Shown: positions 13,506 through 26,994 of the stretch, piece after piece | Layout: each line of letters starts with the position of its first letter | Numbering within the stretch: the stretch's first letter is position 1 | Source: Octopus bimaculoides | Lineage: Eukaryota | NCBI RefSeq assembly: GCF_001194135.2 | Contig: NC_068994.1 | Coordinates: forward strand, 53,240,810 to 53,289,059 | DNA length: 48,250 nt | Direction: 5' to 3' | The notes under the pieces: generated by a model | What the model was told of the DNA's origin: nothing | The model's input: the letters and a program-made list of their open reading frames with translations, nothing else | Database searches by the model: none | Translations under genes and position numbers: made by a program

Positions 13506-15684
13506 ATATTATGTGTGTGTGTGCGTGTGTGCGACGCGCGTATATATATATATATATATATATATATCTGTGTGTGTGAATGGTATGTGTGTGTGAGTGG
13601 TGTGTGTGTGTGCTATGTACATTCTCTTCGGGAACGACGTTTGGTCCATCAATTGAAATGTCTTATTCATTGATTTAAAGTGCAAAGGGATCGAGTATCC
13701 CTCATACAAATAAAACATTCAGACAATACTCAAAAGCATTCAGAGTAACAGTATGAGATATCTGAAGAATGGCACGTACAGACCATCAGATGTAGATCTA
13801 TCAAGTTTCCCTCGCTTGTCTCGGATGGAACCAGGAATAAGGGATAAGACATTTGCTCCAGACGTTACGTTGTGGGTCTCAACCCAAGATATCATGGTTA
13901 CGTACGAAAGTTCACAAACAGTCAATCTTGTGAGAAACCGGTGCATCTGTGTACATAATTGTGAGTGGGTATGAAAGTGTGTGTGAGTGAGTGTTTGTGA
14001 GTACGGGTTTGTCTTGGTATGAGATGTATGGGGATGGTGTAAGTGTGTGCGCGTATGATTGTAATGGTTATTTATATAATCAAGACAATATAGAAAGATA
14101 CAATAATTGTCGGTCTGAAATAAAGATTTCTGTGGTTCTGACATTCTAAATATCGATGAAGGAGGTAGCATAACGTAGCCGCAATCTAATGACTGAATTG
14201 AGTAAAAGAATTACAGAAGAACTGGAAGATATATATATATATTCATGTTTATAGTCTGGCTTGTATACACACACACACACACACACACGCACACACACAC
14301 ACACACACACAAAACACACATACATACATGCATATATACATTTATATATATNNNNNNNNNNNNNNNNNNNNNNNNNNNNNNNNNNNNNNNNNNNNNNNNN
14401 NNNNNNNNNNNNNNNNNNNNNNNNNNNNNNNNNNNNNNNNNNNNNNNNNNNNNNNNNNNNNNNNNNNNNNNNNNNNNNNNNNNNNNNNNNNNNNNNNNNN
14501 NNNNNNNNNNNNNNNNNNNNNNNNNNNNNNNNNNNNNNNNNNNNNNNNNNNNNNNNNNNNNNNNNNNNNNNNNNNNNNNNNNNNNNNNNNNNNNNNNNNN
14601 NNNNNNNNNNNNNNNNNNNNNNNNNNNNNNNNNNNNNNNNNNNNNNNNNNNNNNNNNNNNNNNNNNNNNNNNNNNNNNNNNNNNNNNNNNNNNNNNNNNN
14701 NNNNNNNNNNNNNNNNNNNNNNNNNNNNNNNNNNNNNNNNNNNNNNNNNNNNNNNNNNNNNNNNNNNNNNNNNNNNNNNNNNNNNNNNNNNNNNNNNNNN
14801 NNNNNNNNNNNNNNNNNNNNNNNNNNNNNNNNNNNNNNNNNNNNNNNNNNNNNNNNNNNNNNNNNNNNNNNNNNNNNNNNNNNNNNNNNNNNNNNNNNNN
14901 NNNNNNNNNNNNNNNNNNNNNNNNNNNNNNNNNNNNNNNNNNNNNNNNNNNNNNNNNNNNNNNNNNNNNNNNNNNNNNNNNNNNNNNNNNNNNNNNNNNN
15001 NNNNNNNNNNNNNNNNNNNNNNNNNNNNNNNNNNNNNNNNNNNNNNNNNNNNNNNNNNNNNNNNNNNNNNNNNNNNNNNNNNNNNNNNNNNNNNNNNNNN
15101 NNNNNNNNNNNNNNNNNNNNNNNNNNNNNNNNNNNNNNNNNNNNNNNNNNNNNNNNNNNNNNNNNNNNNNNNNNNNNNNNNNNNNNNNNNNNNNNNNNNN
15201 NNNNNNNNNNNNNNNNNNNNNNNNNNNNNNNNNNNNNNNNNNNNNNNNNNNNNNNNNNNNNNNNNNNNNNNNNNNNNNNNNNNNNCTATGCATACATACA
15301 TACATACATACATGTTTCCAAAGATGGTGTGTCTGCAAACGTGATATATATTATTTGCCACGTTTTTACATTAGGTTTTATTGGTCCAGTCTCTGAATAT
15401 ATTTACCGTTTGTCTAAAATTACGTTTACAGCATACTCAGAACATAGATGCACATATTCAACCCATCCTGGATGTCTATACAACAACGTTAGTTGCTGAT
15501 CCTTTCGATTCCAGCACGATATCCTACACAAGTTTACTTTGGATCTCCTCTGCTTCTGTATATATGTTTAAATGTTGAGTAGAGCACCGGCACAGTTTAG
15601 GTTATCTGTTGTCATCCGTAGATGGGTCGAAACATATGTTGTACCTCAAAGAAGTTTAATGCGAAATTCATCTCCTACTATCAA

Positions 15685-15718
<34 letters not shown>

Positions 15719-16419
15719 NNNNNNNNNNNNNNNNNNNNNNNNNNNNNNNNNNNNNNNNNNNNNNNNNNNNNNNNNNNNNNNNNNNNNNNNNNNNNNNNNN
15801 NNNNNNNNNNNNNNNNNNNNNNNNNNNNNNNNNNNNNNNNNNNNNNNNNNNNNNNNNNNNNNNNNNNNNNNNNNNNNNNNNNNNNNNNNNNNNNNNNNNN
15901 NNNNNNNNNNNNNNNNNNNNNNNNNNNNNNNNNNNNNNNNNNNNNNNNNNNNNNNNNNNNNNNNNNNNNNNNNNNNNNNNNNNNNNNNNNNNNNNNNNNN
16001 NNNNNNNNNNNNNNNNNNNNNNNNNNNNNNNNNNNNNNNNNNNNNNNNNNNNNNNNNNNNNNNNNNNNNNNNNNNNNNNNNNNNNNNNNNNNNNNNNNNN
16101 NNNNNNNNNNNNNNNNNNNNNNNNNNNNNNNNNNNNNNNNNNNNNNNNNNNNNNNNNNNNNNTGCAGGGAAGAAGGGGTTAAATGAAATCATTTTATAAT
16201 AACAACTGACAAAGTAATATTACAATAATTTCAAGTTTCTTCTTTAAAATTAAGATTTTTTTATTAATTTCAATACAAATTAATGCATTATTGTGATACT
16301 CGTTTCAGTTTTTATTGAATTAACTCTATAGAGAAAAGATTAATTCGCATGTCAATTTTTTTTTTTCTTTTTGACTTGTCACATCTTAGGATTGTGCTCT
16401 TTTCAGTGGAGTGTTAGAA

Positions 16420-17190
16420 AGGACGAAGGGGAATACATACAGAGTGAGAATCAAACATGAATAAAAGAATTAATTAATTAATTAATCAAGGAACCATGAA
16501 GATCGCGAGGGAAGTGTTTTAGGTAAGATGGACGTGTGAAGAGACACGGAGGGAAACTACTAAACAGAATGGAGATGTAGCAACAGGAAGTTGAAACTGT
16601 CAAAGATAGAAAAAAATAGCTAAATTTTGGGAGGAGGCAAAAAGCTTATTAGAATACAAAGAGTGTTTAAGACTTGATCGATGTAGTGAGAGCAAGAGCA
16701 GAGGACACATATTTCGTGGCAGATAAAAAATGTAGAGATCAAATGAAAAAATAGAGAGGAGTAGAAAGAGAGAAAAGAAAGAAAAATAAAGAGAAAACGA
16801 GTAAATAAAAAGAAATCCGTATCAAGAAGAGAAAGAGGGATAGAAAGAAAAAGAATTGGAGTATATGCATTAATAATCGATATAATAGCAGAGCAAAGAT
16901 GCAGAGACATGGATACGAGTAAAATTAAAGGGAGAGAGAAGCTATGCGGCTCAAAGTATTTCGATGGCCAAATTAGAGTAAAAGAAGATTTAAAGTGAAA
17001 ATGTTAGCAGACTGAGAGCAAGAAAGACAGAGAGTTAGAGAAATAAAGGGAAAGAGAGAGAGAGAGAGAGAGAGATAGAGTATGGTATAGATGTAGAAAA
17101 ATAGAAAAACGCTGAGATGATTGACAATGAACTATAAATAATTAAGCAGAGTTTTACCAGAATATTTAAGACAGGAAAGTAGTAACCCAA
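16420..17190 (+). repeat. Purine-skewed (A/G-rich) low-complexity block
   Basis: The + strand is strongly C-depleted with AGAG/GAAA runs. The mirror-type pyrimidine block is at 47845-47970 and (CT)n at 48208-48250. Confidence 0.7.
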
Positions 17191-17594
17191 NNNNNNNNNN
17201 NNNNNNNNNNNNNNNNNNNNNNNNNNNNNNNNNNNNNNNNNNNNNNNNNNNNNNNNNNNNNNNNNNNNNNNNNNNNNNNNNNNNNNNNNNNNNNNNNNNN
17301 NNNNNNNNNNNNNNNNNNNNNNNNNNNNNNNNNNNNNNNNNNNNNNNNNNNNNNNNNNNNNNNNNNNNNNNNNNNNNNNNNNNNNNNNNNNNNNNNNNNN
17401 NNNNNNNNNNNNNNNNNNNNNNNNNNNNNNNNNNNNNNNNNNNNNNNNNNNNNNNNNNNNNNNNNNNNNNNNNNNNNNNNNNNNNNNNNNNNNNNNNNNN
17501 NNNNNNNNNNNNNNNNNNNNNNNNNNNNNNNNNNNNNNNNNNNNNNNCTCAACCATTACGTCACATGCCCGTGGGCTCCTAAGGTATGTTTCGA

Positions 17595-17667
<73 letters not shown>
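17595..17667. repeat. (TAT)n microsatellite
   Basis: Perfect trinucleotide run. (TAA)n also at 18244-18322 and 47657-47730. Confidence 0.97.
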
Positions 17668-17671
<4 letters not shown>

Positions 17672-18243
17672 TCACTGCCTTCATGTTTTCATTTCATGGT
17701 TTCATTTCATGGTTTCATTTCAAATCCAGCCGAATCACCTTTTATTCTTGTGGGGCTATAATAAAATGTTAGTAAGTTATTAAATCGAAAATACCATCCT
17801 TTCAATAAACTTAACTCATAGAATATGCTAGTTTTTTTGTAATCAAATTAATTAATGAAACTTAATGGATAAAAAAATAACTCGGAATTCTCTTTAATTA
17901 AGAAAAAAATGTTTCCGATAAGGACAGAGGGGATCGTCAACAAAAACTAAAACATCAAATAGTAACATATACGTCAGTTTGTTTTCTAGTTCAGAACTGT
18001 AAAAAGAAATATTTCAAATCGAAAAGAAATGAGATAGAGTAAGTGTGTGTATGTGTGCGCGCGCGTAAGTGACGTCATGAGTATATATGTGTGTATGTGC
18101 ATATAATTATTTGTGTGTGTATGCGTGCGCCTGCATGTGTGTATGTGAGTCACTGTGCTTTATTTCATTCAAGATCTTAATTATATTTACCTGATAAACG
18201 CCTTCTGTTTATTAAGTTTACTTTTTTCTTCGCAAGAACAGGG

Positions 18244-18324
<81 letters not shown>

Positions 18325-18721
18325 GAGTGAACGTGTTGGAAAAGAAGAGGAAACTAGCATCAGAGGGAGTGAAAATTGAAGACGAAACAATAAATAAAAA
18401 AGGAGGTGGAGTGACTGGCCTAAAAGAATTTTGTATTGTGGGTGCATCATTTTCTGATAACAACACACATAAAACAAACAAAAAGTACAAGAAAGATCAA
18501 AAAGAAAAATTGACACCAAATTAAGAAATTGATTTTTATCTATTCTTAAATAATTTTTGTTAATCTGTATAATTGATAAATAAAATACAAAATAATAATA
18601 TGAAGCTCCATTTTACGCGAAAATTCAAAAAGAATTATTACGTAATTTTTCTTTCACAAATTTCACGTAAACTGGTGTTGTAAATAGAGATGGTACGGAA
18701 ACATTTATCTTCCTTTCATTG

Positions 18722-18758
<37 letters not shown>

Positions 18759-18795
18759 NNNNNNNNNNTGTGTGTGTATATATATATATATATAG

Positions 18796-19318
18796 TCTGT
18801 GAAGGGAATTATTCTTAATTCATTTTAGCAACAAGGAAGAACGGTAATAGCAAAATTGTATCGTCAGGAAATTGATTATATGCATAGGAATTTGAAAAAG
18901 AAGCAACCCAGATTAATCAATAGAGATGGCTCAATTTTGCTCTAAGACAATGCACGTCCTCACACCACTTAAGCTACGTCCAAAAGTTACAAAGTCTGAA
19001 TTATGAAAGTTTGCAACATAATCCCTATTCCCCTGGTATCTCTCCTACTGATCATCATTTATTTAAGGATTTTGAGCTTTTCATAAGCAATAAAACATTG
19101 TTAAATAGAAAAGAGGTAATTGAAGCATTCGGACAGTTTATCATAGCAAAAGATGAATTTATTTTCTAAAGATGGAATATATGACATAGAAAAACGTTGG
19201 GTAAACCTCATAAATGAACATGGATCATACTTTAATTAAATAAATCAGTTCTCTAATACTTCTGAAGCATTTTATTGTTACTTTTCAAATACGATATTTC
19301 ATGTGAAACAACCTAATA
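18796..19318 (+). mobile_element. mariner (D34D) transposon 3' part: pseudogenised transposase plus right TIR
   Basis: Translation with stops and frameshifts: SVKGII...LKKKQPRLINRDGSILL*DNARPH...LQHNPYSPGISPTDHHLFKDFE...KDGIYDIEKRWVNLINEHGSYFN*. There are 34 residues between the DNARPH and SPTD aspartates allowing a 1-bp deletion. Ends in ...TGAAACAACCTAATA, a mariner-type TIR end with TA. Confidence 0.92.
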
Positions 19319-19551
19319 GCATATATACATATAATATATACACATAAACACATATACATATATATATATAAAAGGATAAGATCGTTATTAAAATACCGAT
19401 CATATCAAGTGGCCAACATGGGAATAGAAACCTCATGGATAATAGTTATTATTAAAATTATAATCAAAGGTGGTTTTAGAGCCTAGTTTTGACTGCTATA
19501 TCTAGCTTGATGGTATCTTTTAGATAACCTTTATTATAATTTATATATATG

Positions 19552-19637
<86 letters not shown>

Positions 19638-20554
19638 CGTATATACATGTATATATGCATGAATGTATGCAGCTGTGTACATAAGGGTAATTATGAGCAA
19701 GTATTCTGAGATACCAATATATTAACTTGCTTTTAGTTTCAATTTCAAATTAAATAGATAATTTGAAACGACTGGAAATTCTCCAGATGTTACCAACAAT
19801 TAGGTCGTATTATATTTTGTTCCATAGTATAAAGTATATACGAAACAAATATATACATGCAAATATATATATATATATANNNNNNNNNNNNNNNNNNNNN
19901 NNNNNNNNNNNNNNNNNNNNNNNNNNNNNNNNNNNNNNNNNNNNNNNNNNNNNNNNNNNNNNNNNNNNNNNNNNNNNNNNNNNNNNNNNNNNNNNNNNNN
20001 NNNNNNNNNNNNNNNATACATACATATGAAGTCACATGTATCCTTGTAATTATATAGTAATTATAAATATATATACAAAAATACATTCATATATGCATAC
20101 ATAGCTGTATACATGTATACATGCATGCACGCATGTGCAAGAGTAATGATTGTGAGACACACAAAATCATACATGCAGACATAATTATATTCCAGTGATA
20201 TGTAGGTGTGTGTTTGTTACTGGGTGAGAAGTCACGTGCGCTTCTGCATGTACGCGCTTGCGTACGGGTGTATGTGTGTTTGCAGCTTGTTTCAGAAAAG
20301 CTTTCGGAAATGTCAATGCATCTTTCCATAAACTTATTTGTGGCACACCTATTTGTGGCCCATTGTGCACCTTTGCAAGCAATGTTGATCTAATAGAGGG
20401 ATTGAGCGAATGTACTGCATAAATATTTTATCACGATAAGTATATCATCTGTGCACGTCGTTGAGCAAGAAATTGCAGGCCCGTCATTTTCGGACTCGAG
20501 CGACCACCATAATATATGGGAGTTTGTGAGTTGTGAGTGCATGTGCAGGTATTT

Positions 20555-20617
<63 letters not shown>

Positions 20618-21907
20618 NNNNNNNNNNNNNNNNNNNNNNNNNNNNNNNNNNNNNNNNNNNNNNNNNNNNNNNNNNNNNNNNNNNNNNNNNNNNNNNNNNN
20701 NNNNNNNNNNNNNNNNNNNNNNNNNNNNNNNNNNNNNNNNNNNNNNNNNNNNNNNNNNNNNNNNNNNNNNNNNNNNNNNNNNNNNNNNNNNNNNNNNNNN
20801 NNNNNNNNNNNNNNNNNNNNNNNNNNNNNNNNNNNNNNNNNNNNNNNNNNNNNNNNNNNNNNNNNNNNNNNNNNNNNNNNNNNNNNNNNNNNNNNNNNNN
20901 NNNNNNNNNNNNNNNNNNNNNNNNNNNNNNNNNNNNNNNNNNNNNNNNNNNNNNNNNNNNNNNNNNNNNNNNNNNNNNNNNNNNNNNNNNNNNNNNNNNN
21001 NNNNNNNNNNNNNNNNNNNNNNNNNNNNNNNNNNNNNNNNNNNNNNNNNNNNNNNNNNNNNNNNNNNNNNNNNNNNNNNNNNNNNNNNNNNNNNNNNNNN
21101 NNNNNNNNNNNNNNNNNNNNNNNNNNNNNNNNNNNNNNNNNNNNNNNNNNNNNNNNNNNNNNNNNNNNNNNNNNNNNNNNNNNNNNNNNNNTGTGTGTGT
21201 GTGTGTGTGTACATGCTTGTTCTGTATTCCGAAAATGAAGGCAGTCACATTTTCTGTAAGAATTTCATTTCGGGAGGGCAGTAACAAAATATTTCGCTTT
21301 TTGTTTCCAGGTAAGCATTCGGATCGTGTGATTCTTTTACAATGATTCTCGGACAGATAATGTTTGCAACGTCTACTTTTATTCAGATATGTTCCAGATG
21401 GTTCCAGCAGTTGCCAGTTGAAATTTTTGCATTGCCATTTTACCTCTCAATTGTCATATATAGTTGATTAATGTTGTAACACTTCGCCTCCATTTGATTC
21501 TGGTACGTAGACCACAGCCTTTGATTAGCGGGTCTTACGATGGAATGGAACTTTCACTTGTGTATGTGTGTTATGGTTAGGCATATGAGTGAGCAGAAGG
21601 TGGCTGTGTTAATGTACGACAACCTTTATGATCCGGTATCCAAACTGGGCATTACGTCTAAGAAAGTTACTATATTAATTTCGGTTTTATAGTAATAATC
21701 AGTCCTAGCGATTGACAATGTTGAGTAGGCCGTTCCTAAGCCTGTCTACAGTGTCCATGTCTAGCGCCTCTAGGAATAGCTAAAGTATCGTCTCAACATC
21801 GACCAAAGCAGGCAGACATGGATATCAGATATGAAGTAATTAGTATAAACTGGCTTGACTCGAGAAGGAAATATTGATTTTTATTATATATATATATATA
21901 TATTATT

Positions 21908-22057
21908 GTCTGTGAGGAGAGTCATTCTCTTTTAGTGCCTTATTATATAACACACTCACCGGTTTGATTTCCACACATAAAAAAGTAAATTAGTGGACAG
22001 CAAACCGGTGATTGTGTTAAATAATAAGGCACTAAAAGAGAATGACTCTCCCCAGAC
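21908..22057. mobile_element. Foldback/hairpin MITE
   Basis: 21916-21966 vs the reverse complement of 22001-22051 matches 49/51 (GGAGAGTCATTCTCTTTTAGTGCCTTATTAT...CACCGGTTTG), with a 34-nt spacer. It abuts a (TA)n run. Confidence 0.85.
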
Positions 22058-22268
22058 ACACGAATTCACATTCGTTCTTCATTCGCTTATTGTTGTTCTT
22101 ATTCTAACTCATGTCCATTGTCCAGAAATCTTTCATCACACATCTGTGACCTCTTCAGTGACACTTTCTGTCTTCTTTGTGTGTGCTCTTGCTCGGCTTA
22201 TTCCATTCTATATATATATTCTTTTTCATTCCATGTGCCATTATATGAAACATTTGTGAAGAGTAACC

Positions 22269-22649
22269 ATGCCTCGCACAAAAGATTCAGCAGAACTGTT
22301 AGATTCTCAGAGAGGTCGTATTGTTGGGCAATCCAAGGCTGGTCTTAGCCAGCGAAAACTTGCCAAACATCTTCAAATTCCTCTTGCTACTGTAAATAGA
22401 ATTATAGTGCAATTCAAAAGCCAAAGAAAAGAATCAACAGATTCTCGTCCCGGCCGATCTGGGCCCTCGGAAAGGAAGCTTCGCCGTTTGAAGAGAATTG
22501 TGGAAAACGAACCCCGTTCGAAGGCTTCTGACATTGCAAAACAGTTAGACGTTAGTCCAAGAACGTGTGTTACATATCTGCAGAAGCTTGAGTATTATGG
22601 ACGAGAAACTAGAAGAAAACCTCTCCTTCAGCCAATTAATATCAAATAA
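22269..22649 (+). pseudogene. Tc1-family transposase N-terminal DNA-binding region (126 aa, no DDE domain)
   Basis: MPRTK...QRGRIVGQSKAGLSQRKLAKHLQIPLATVNRII (HTH1), RPGR linker, RRLKRIVENEPRSKASDIAKQLDVSPRT (HTH2), RRKPLL. The ORF stops where the catalytic domain should begin. Confidence 0.9.
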
Positions 22650-22758
22650 AAAACTTTTAAAATTAAAGGTGTCTATTTACTTCCTGCATGTCTGTGTATA
22701 TATAAATATATATATATTATTATATATACGTTATATATATAAATATATATGTATGTCA

Positions 22759-22791
<33 letters not shown>

Positions 22792-22932
22792 CATGTATAT
22801 ATGTATATATTTTGATATATAATACATATATATATCTTATATATACTGTGTCTATCAATATATATATATACATGCAGCATACATATACATTCACACACAC
22901 ACACATATGTATGTACGTACGTGTATGTATAT

Positions 22933-23004
<72 letters not shown>

Positions 23005-23227
23005 AATGTCTTTTCCATGTGATTATTTCTACTTTTATCTCCAAACTCTACATACATACAAACTTACATATATACACACTTATACTTTCATACTTACCTA
23101 CTATTGGCAAATCTAGTTTTTTTTTTATCGCTACGTACGTTAAATCAATGATTTAAACATAGCAGTAATTATACAAGAATATTTTAATGACAAGCAAATA
23201 ACATATAACCATCATTTGATTACTTTG

Positions 23228-23375
23228 GCACTTTCAAATAATTATGATCATTGTATGATTATAATCGGTTCTTCGAAAATATTATAACCATTATATGATT
23301 ACAATCAGCATTTTCAAATTATTATAATCATTATGTGATTATAATCAGCACTTTCAAATTATTATGATCATTATA
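23228..23375. repeat. ~40-bp AT-rich minisatellite, about 4 copies
   Basis: Unit approx. GCACTTTCAAATTATTATAATCATTATATGATTATAATCA repeated with substitutions. Confidence 0.85.
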
Positions 23376-23645
23376 ACGTATATGTAAACAAGAAGACTAA
23401 CTTGCTACAAAAATCATCAACCTATTTTAAATTACATTTTTAAGACCATAAAAAATATCAATATCATTTCGAAACATATTTTTTCTAAATTATAGAAATG
23501 AACTTTTAAACTTTTTCTATAATTTAGGGAAATATTGATATTTTCATTCTTTCAAAAATGTACTTTAAAATAAGTTGATGACATACATACATACAGTCGG
23601 ACAGAGAGACAGAGAGACAGATAGAGAGGGAGCGAAGGAGAGGAG

Positions 23646-23678
<33 letters not shown>

Positions 23679-24018
23679 TTACATTCATCGATCTATATAT
23701 ATATACATATATATATATATATTATATACATACATGGGTGTATGTGTGTGCATGTGTGCGGGCGTGTGTGTGTGTCAAAAGGAATTAACTCTACAAATTC
23801 ATGTTACTGTCTTAAACACCGGGCATGCATATCTTTTCAAATTTCGAAAGAATCGCCTAGACTTAAGAAAAGAAGAGGGAAGCACACACGTTTTGCCCAT
23901 ATAATTATTTCGCGATATATAGATGTCCAATAGCTTTCCCTTTTATCTGATAGTTTTTCCTTTCCTTTGAACATACACACACGAACACGCACGCACACAT
24001 ATATAAGCATATGTTCCA

Positions 24019-24057
<39 letters not shown>

Positions 24058-24097
24058 CATACATACATACATACATACATACATACACATATATGTG

Positions 24098-24133
<36 letters not shown>

Positions 24134-24291
24134 NNNNNNNNNNNNNNNNNNNNNNNNNNNNNNNNNNNNNNNNNNNNNNNNNNNNNNNNNNNNNNNNNNN
24201 NNNNNNNNNNNNNNNNNNNNNNNNNNNNNNNNNNNNNNNNNNNNNNNNNNNNNNNNNNNNNNNNNNNNNNNNNNNNNNNNNNNNNNNNNNN

Positions 24292-24307
24292 GGGCCATTG
24301 CGCCTCC
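24292..24307 (-). mobile_element. Head of a family C/D SINE running into an assembly gap
   Basis: GGCCATTGCGCCTCC is the reverse complement of GGAGGCGCAATGGCC (identical to 38915). The remainder lies in the Ns at 24134-24291. Confidence 0.6.
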
Positions 24308-24382
24308 CACATATTTATATACATACATATATACACATTTACCTGCAGGTAAATATGTATACATGTATATCTATGTTTACAA

Positions 24383-24413
<31 letters not shown>

Positions 24414-24414
24414 T

Positions 24415-24448
<34 letters not shown>

Positions 24449-24482
24449 GTATGGTTATATGGATATATTTCACTGACACACC

Positions 24483-24521
<39 letters not shown>

Positions 24522-26857
24522 TATACGTGTATGTTTTTATCCAAGTATAAAGTTATATATCTGCTTGTCTATGTATGGTGTGTGTGTGTGTATGTGTGTG
24601 CCTCTCTATGTGTGCCTGTGTGCGTGCGCGTGTGCCTGTATGTGTGTTAATATATTGTGTTTGTGTTGTTTATAACACTCAGATATCTTCTGTTAATAGT
24701 GCAATATTGCCAAGTGCATATTCACGCCTGCAAATTTACGCGCACTCACGTATAAAACGCACACACACACACACACAAGGAATACCAGTAATGCGTTATA
24801 TCATATGTATCGTAAGAGCTGCAGATGGTAAGTGGAATATATTCATACATATTTAGTCATCAATAAATGTACGGATGAGTACATTAATTTACATCCGCGG
24901 TTTTGATTTCATGATTTACAGGTTTTATTTGTAGTTTTTATTCATTCATTTTTAATGTCCTTAAAATTCGTTTCTCTCGTGAGTACGGTTGACTGCGTTC
25001 AATCTGTTCACACCAAGCAAATAACTTGTTGATTTAGTTGCTTCATTTAGCGTTCCGAGTTTAAATCTGGATAATGGGTTTGTTTGTAGATATGACCCTT
25101 ATGCACATGACAAGCGCACAAATACACACCTGTTCAGAATATTAGCGACTGTTTTAGCGATAGCGGTACATTATTGGTCTTACTTCGTCAAACTTAGGCA
25201 AATGAAAAGCAAAATGTATCTTAGTTATTTGAAATCGGAACATGAATGTCGCACTTAAATAAAAATAAAAAAAAAGGTATCTATCTCATGTTCTGCTGGT
25301 GCAGCCCAATAATGGTTTTCCTTTCCACCTAGATTTCAATAAAAACAACGTTAAGACTTCTGGAGACAGGTGTACATCAGTAAGCATTTTACTCATGAAT
25401 GGATGCCTTCAAATGTCATTGCAAATATTAAGCCCAATGAAAATTAGCCTGTGTGGGTACAAATAATTATACATGTGTGCCTGTTAGCATTTGTGTATAT
25501 GTGTATGTACACACACACCTTTCAACTCATCCGCCAATTCTTCTTTCGATTTTCTCCTGAAATTTACATATTTATGTACCCTGTTAACTTTCTTGGATCA
25601 CTTCCTAATACTAAAATATCCATACCATCCTAATCTAAATGCGATTAGAACTCTGGCTGTATTGAGGTAAGAGAGAAAGAACGGTGTAATGTTCGAGCGA
25701 CGAGTTTAATTTATATCTAGCGAAATATTATTCATTGAAACAAGAAATTTCATTGGTTGTTTGAGTTTGTAAATTGGGGGAAGGAGTTTATTTACCTCAT
25801 CTTTGAAGAGAATCTGCAAAAATAACAATAGCTTAGCTTCAAATATTTTCTGTATCTTTAAAAATGTTTCTTCACTTATCAGGAAATATTTATCCACAGC
25901 AGAACTTGAAACTGCGAAAAGTCGCCGCTAATGGTTTATTATTTTCACTTTGCAAAAGGTTAGTATGCAACATATATTATTTCTGATTTTCTTTATTTTC
26001 CTGTATTTGGAATTCGACTTCAATTATAAATTTTAGCTTCAAATAAGACTTTACTTATTTGAAATTTTTAATAACTATTTTGTTTACTTTTAGTTTTAAT
26101 TTTACAACATTGCGGCACGAGAAAAGCGTCTTTAGGTTGTTTCTTTTAGGTATGTTATAAATATCACTTATAAATACTTATCCTCTTATAAATTCTTAAT
26201 TTCTAGGTATATGTAGTGAAAAGAATATTTAGTTAAAGCAATGTTTTATTAAAAGAATATTTTGTGAAAGAAATGTTTTAGAATGTAAATTCGAAAACAT
26301 TTGCCAATCTCTTTTTTTAAGAAGCTATAAAGTGGTGTTATTTTGTATAGGATTTATAATAATGAGCTTATTATTTAGTGGTCTCTGTACCACAAGTTGT
26401 TTGAAAAATTTGCCTGAGAGCAAACATACAAGTCAATTAAAAAAAGACAGCAAAGAAAGCTGATTTTTTTTTTTTTTTTCGTTTCTTCCACCCATTTGAA
26501 GATGTTTCAGTTCTCAAAGGATTGCTTTAAACTTTTCCACACAGATATAGTTTTGCATGTTGATGACAAATATCGCATTCGTTAGTTTGAAAAATGAATA
26601 ACAAACAAGATAGGAACATTGAAAGTAGTATATATGTTTTGCTAATGAAATGAATCTAGTGTCTTCACAAGCGGAAGTCGAAACTGTCTTTATGGCAACA
26701 GTGTCGTTGAGAATGAAGACAAGAAGGGAACTGTAGAAATTAAATGGATGCTTTTAAAAAAGAATTTAATGAAAGCAAACAATGATGAAATATTTTTTTT
26801 TCCAGCGACCTGAAGACATATTTATATACATTTAGAATATTAATAATCCTCTCTATA

Positions 26858-26994
26858 ATAGGCACACGTTCTGAAATTTTGAGGGAGGGGATAAGTCGAT
26901 TATTTTACCGCCCGTGCGTAACTAGTACTAATTTTATCGACCCCGTAAAGATAAAAGACAAAGTCGACCTCGGCGGGATTTTAACTCCGAACGT
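26858..26994 (-). mobile_element. SINE family B (head truncated)
   Basis: TAAGTCGATTATTTTACCGCCCGTGCGTAACTAGTACTAATTTTATCGACCCCG...AAAGTCGACCTCGGCGGGATTTTAACTCCGAACG. Confidence 0.85.

Noticed and set aside
24331-24360. Palindrome ATTTACCTGCAGGTAAAT with quasi-palindromic flanks
   Set aside because: It is short and embedded in self-complementary TA/CA microsatellite, so it is likely a replication-slippage product.
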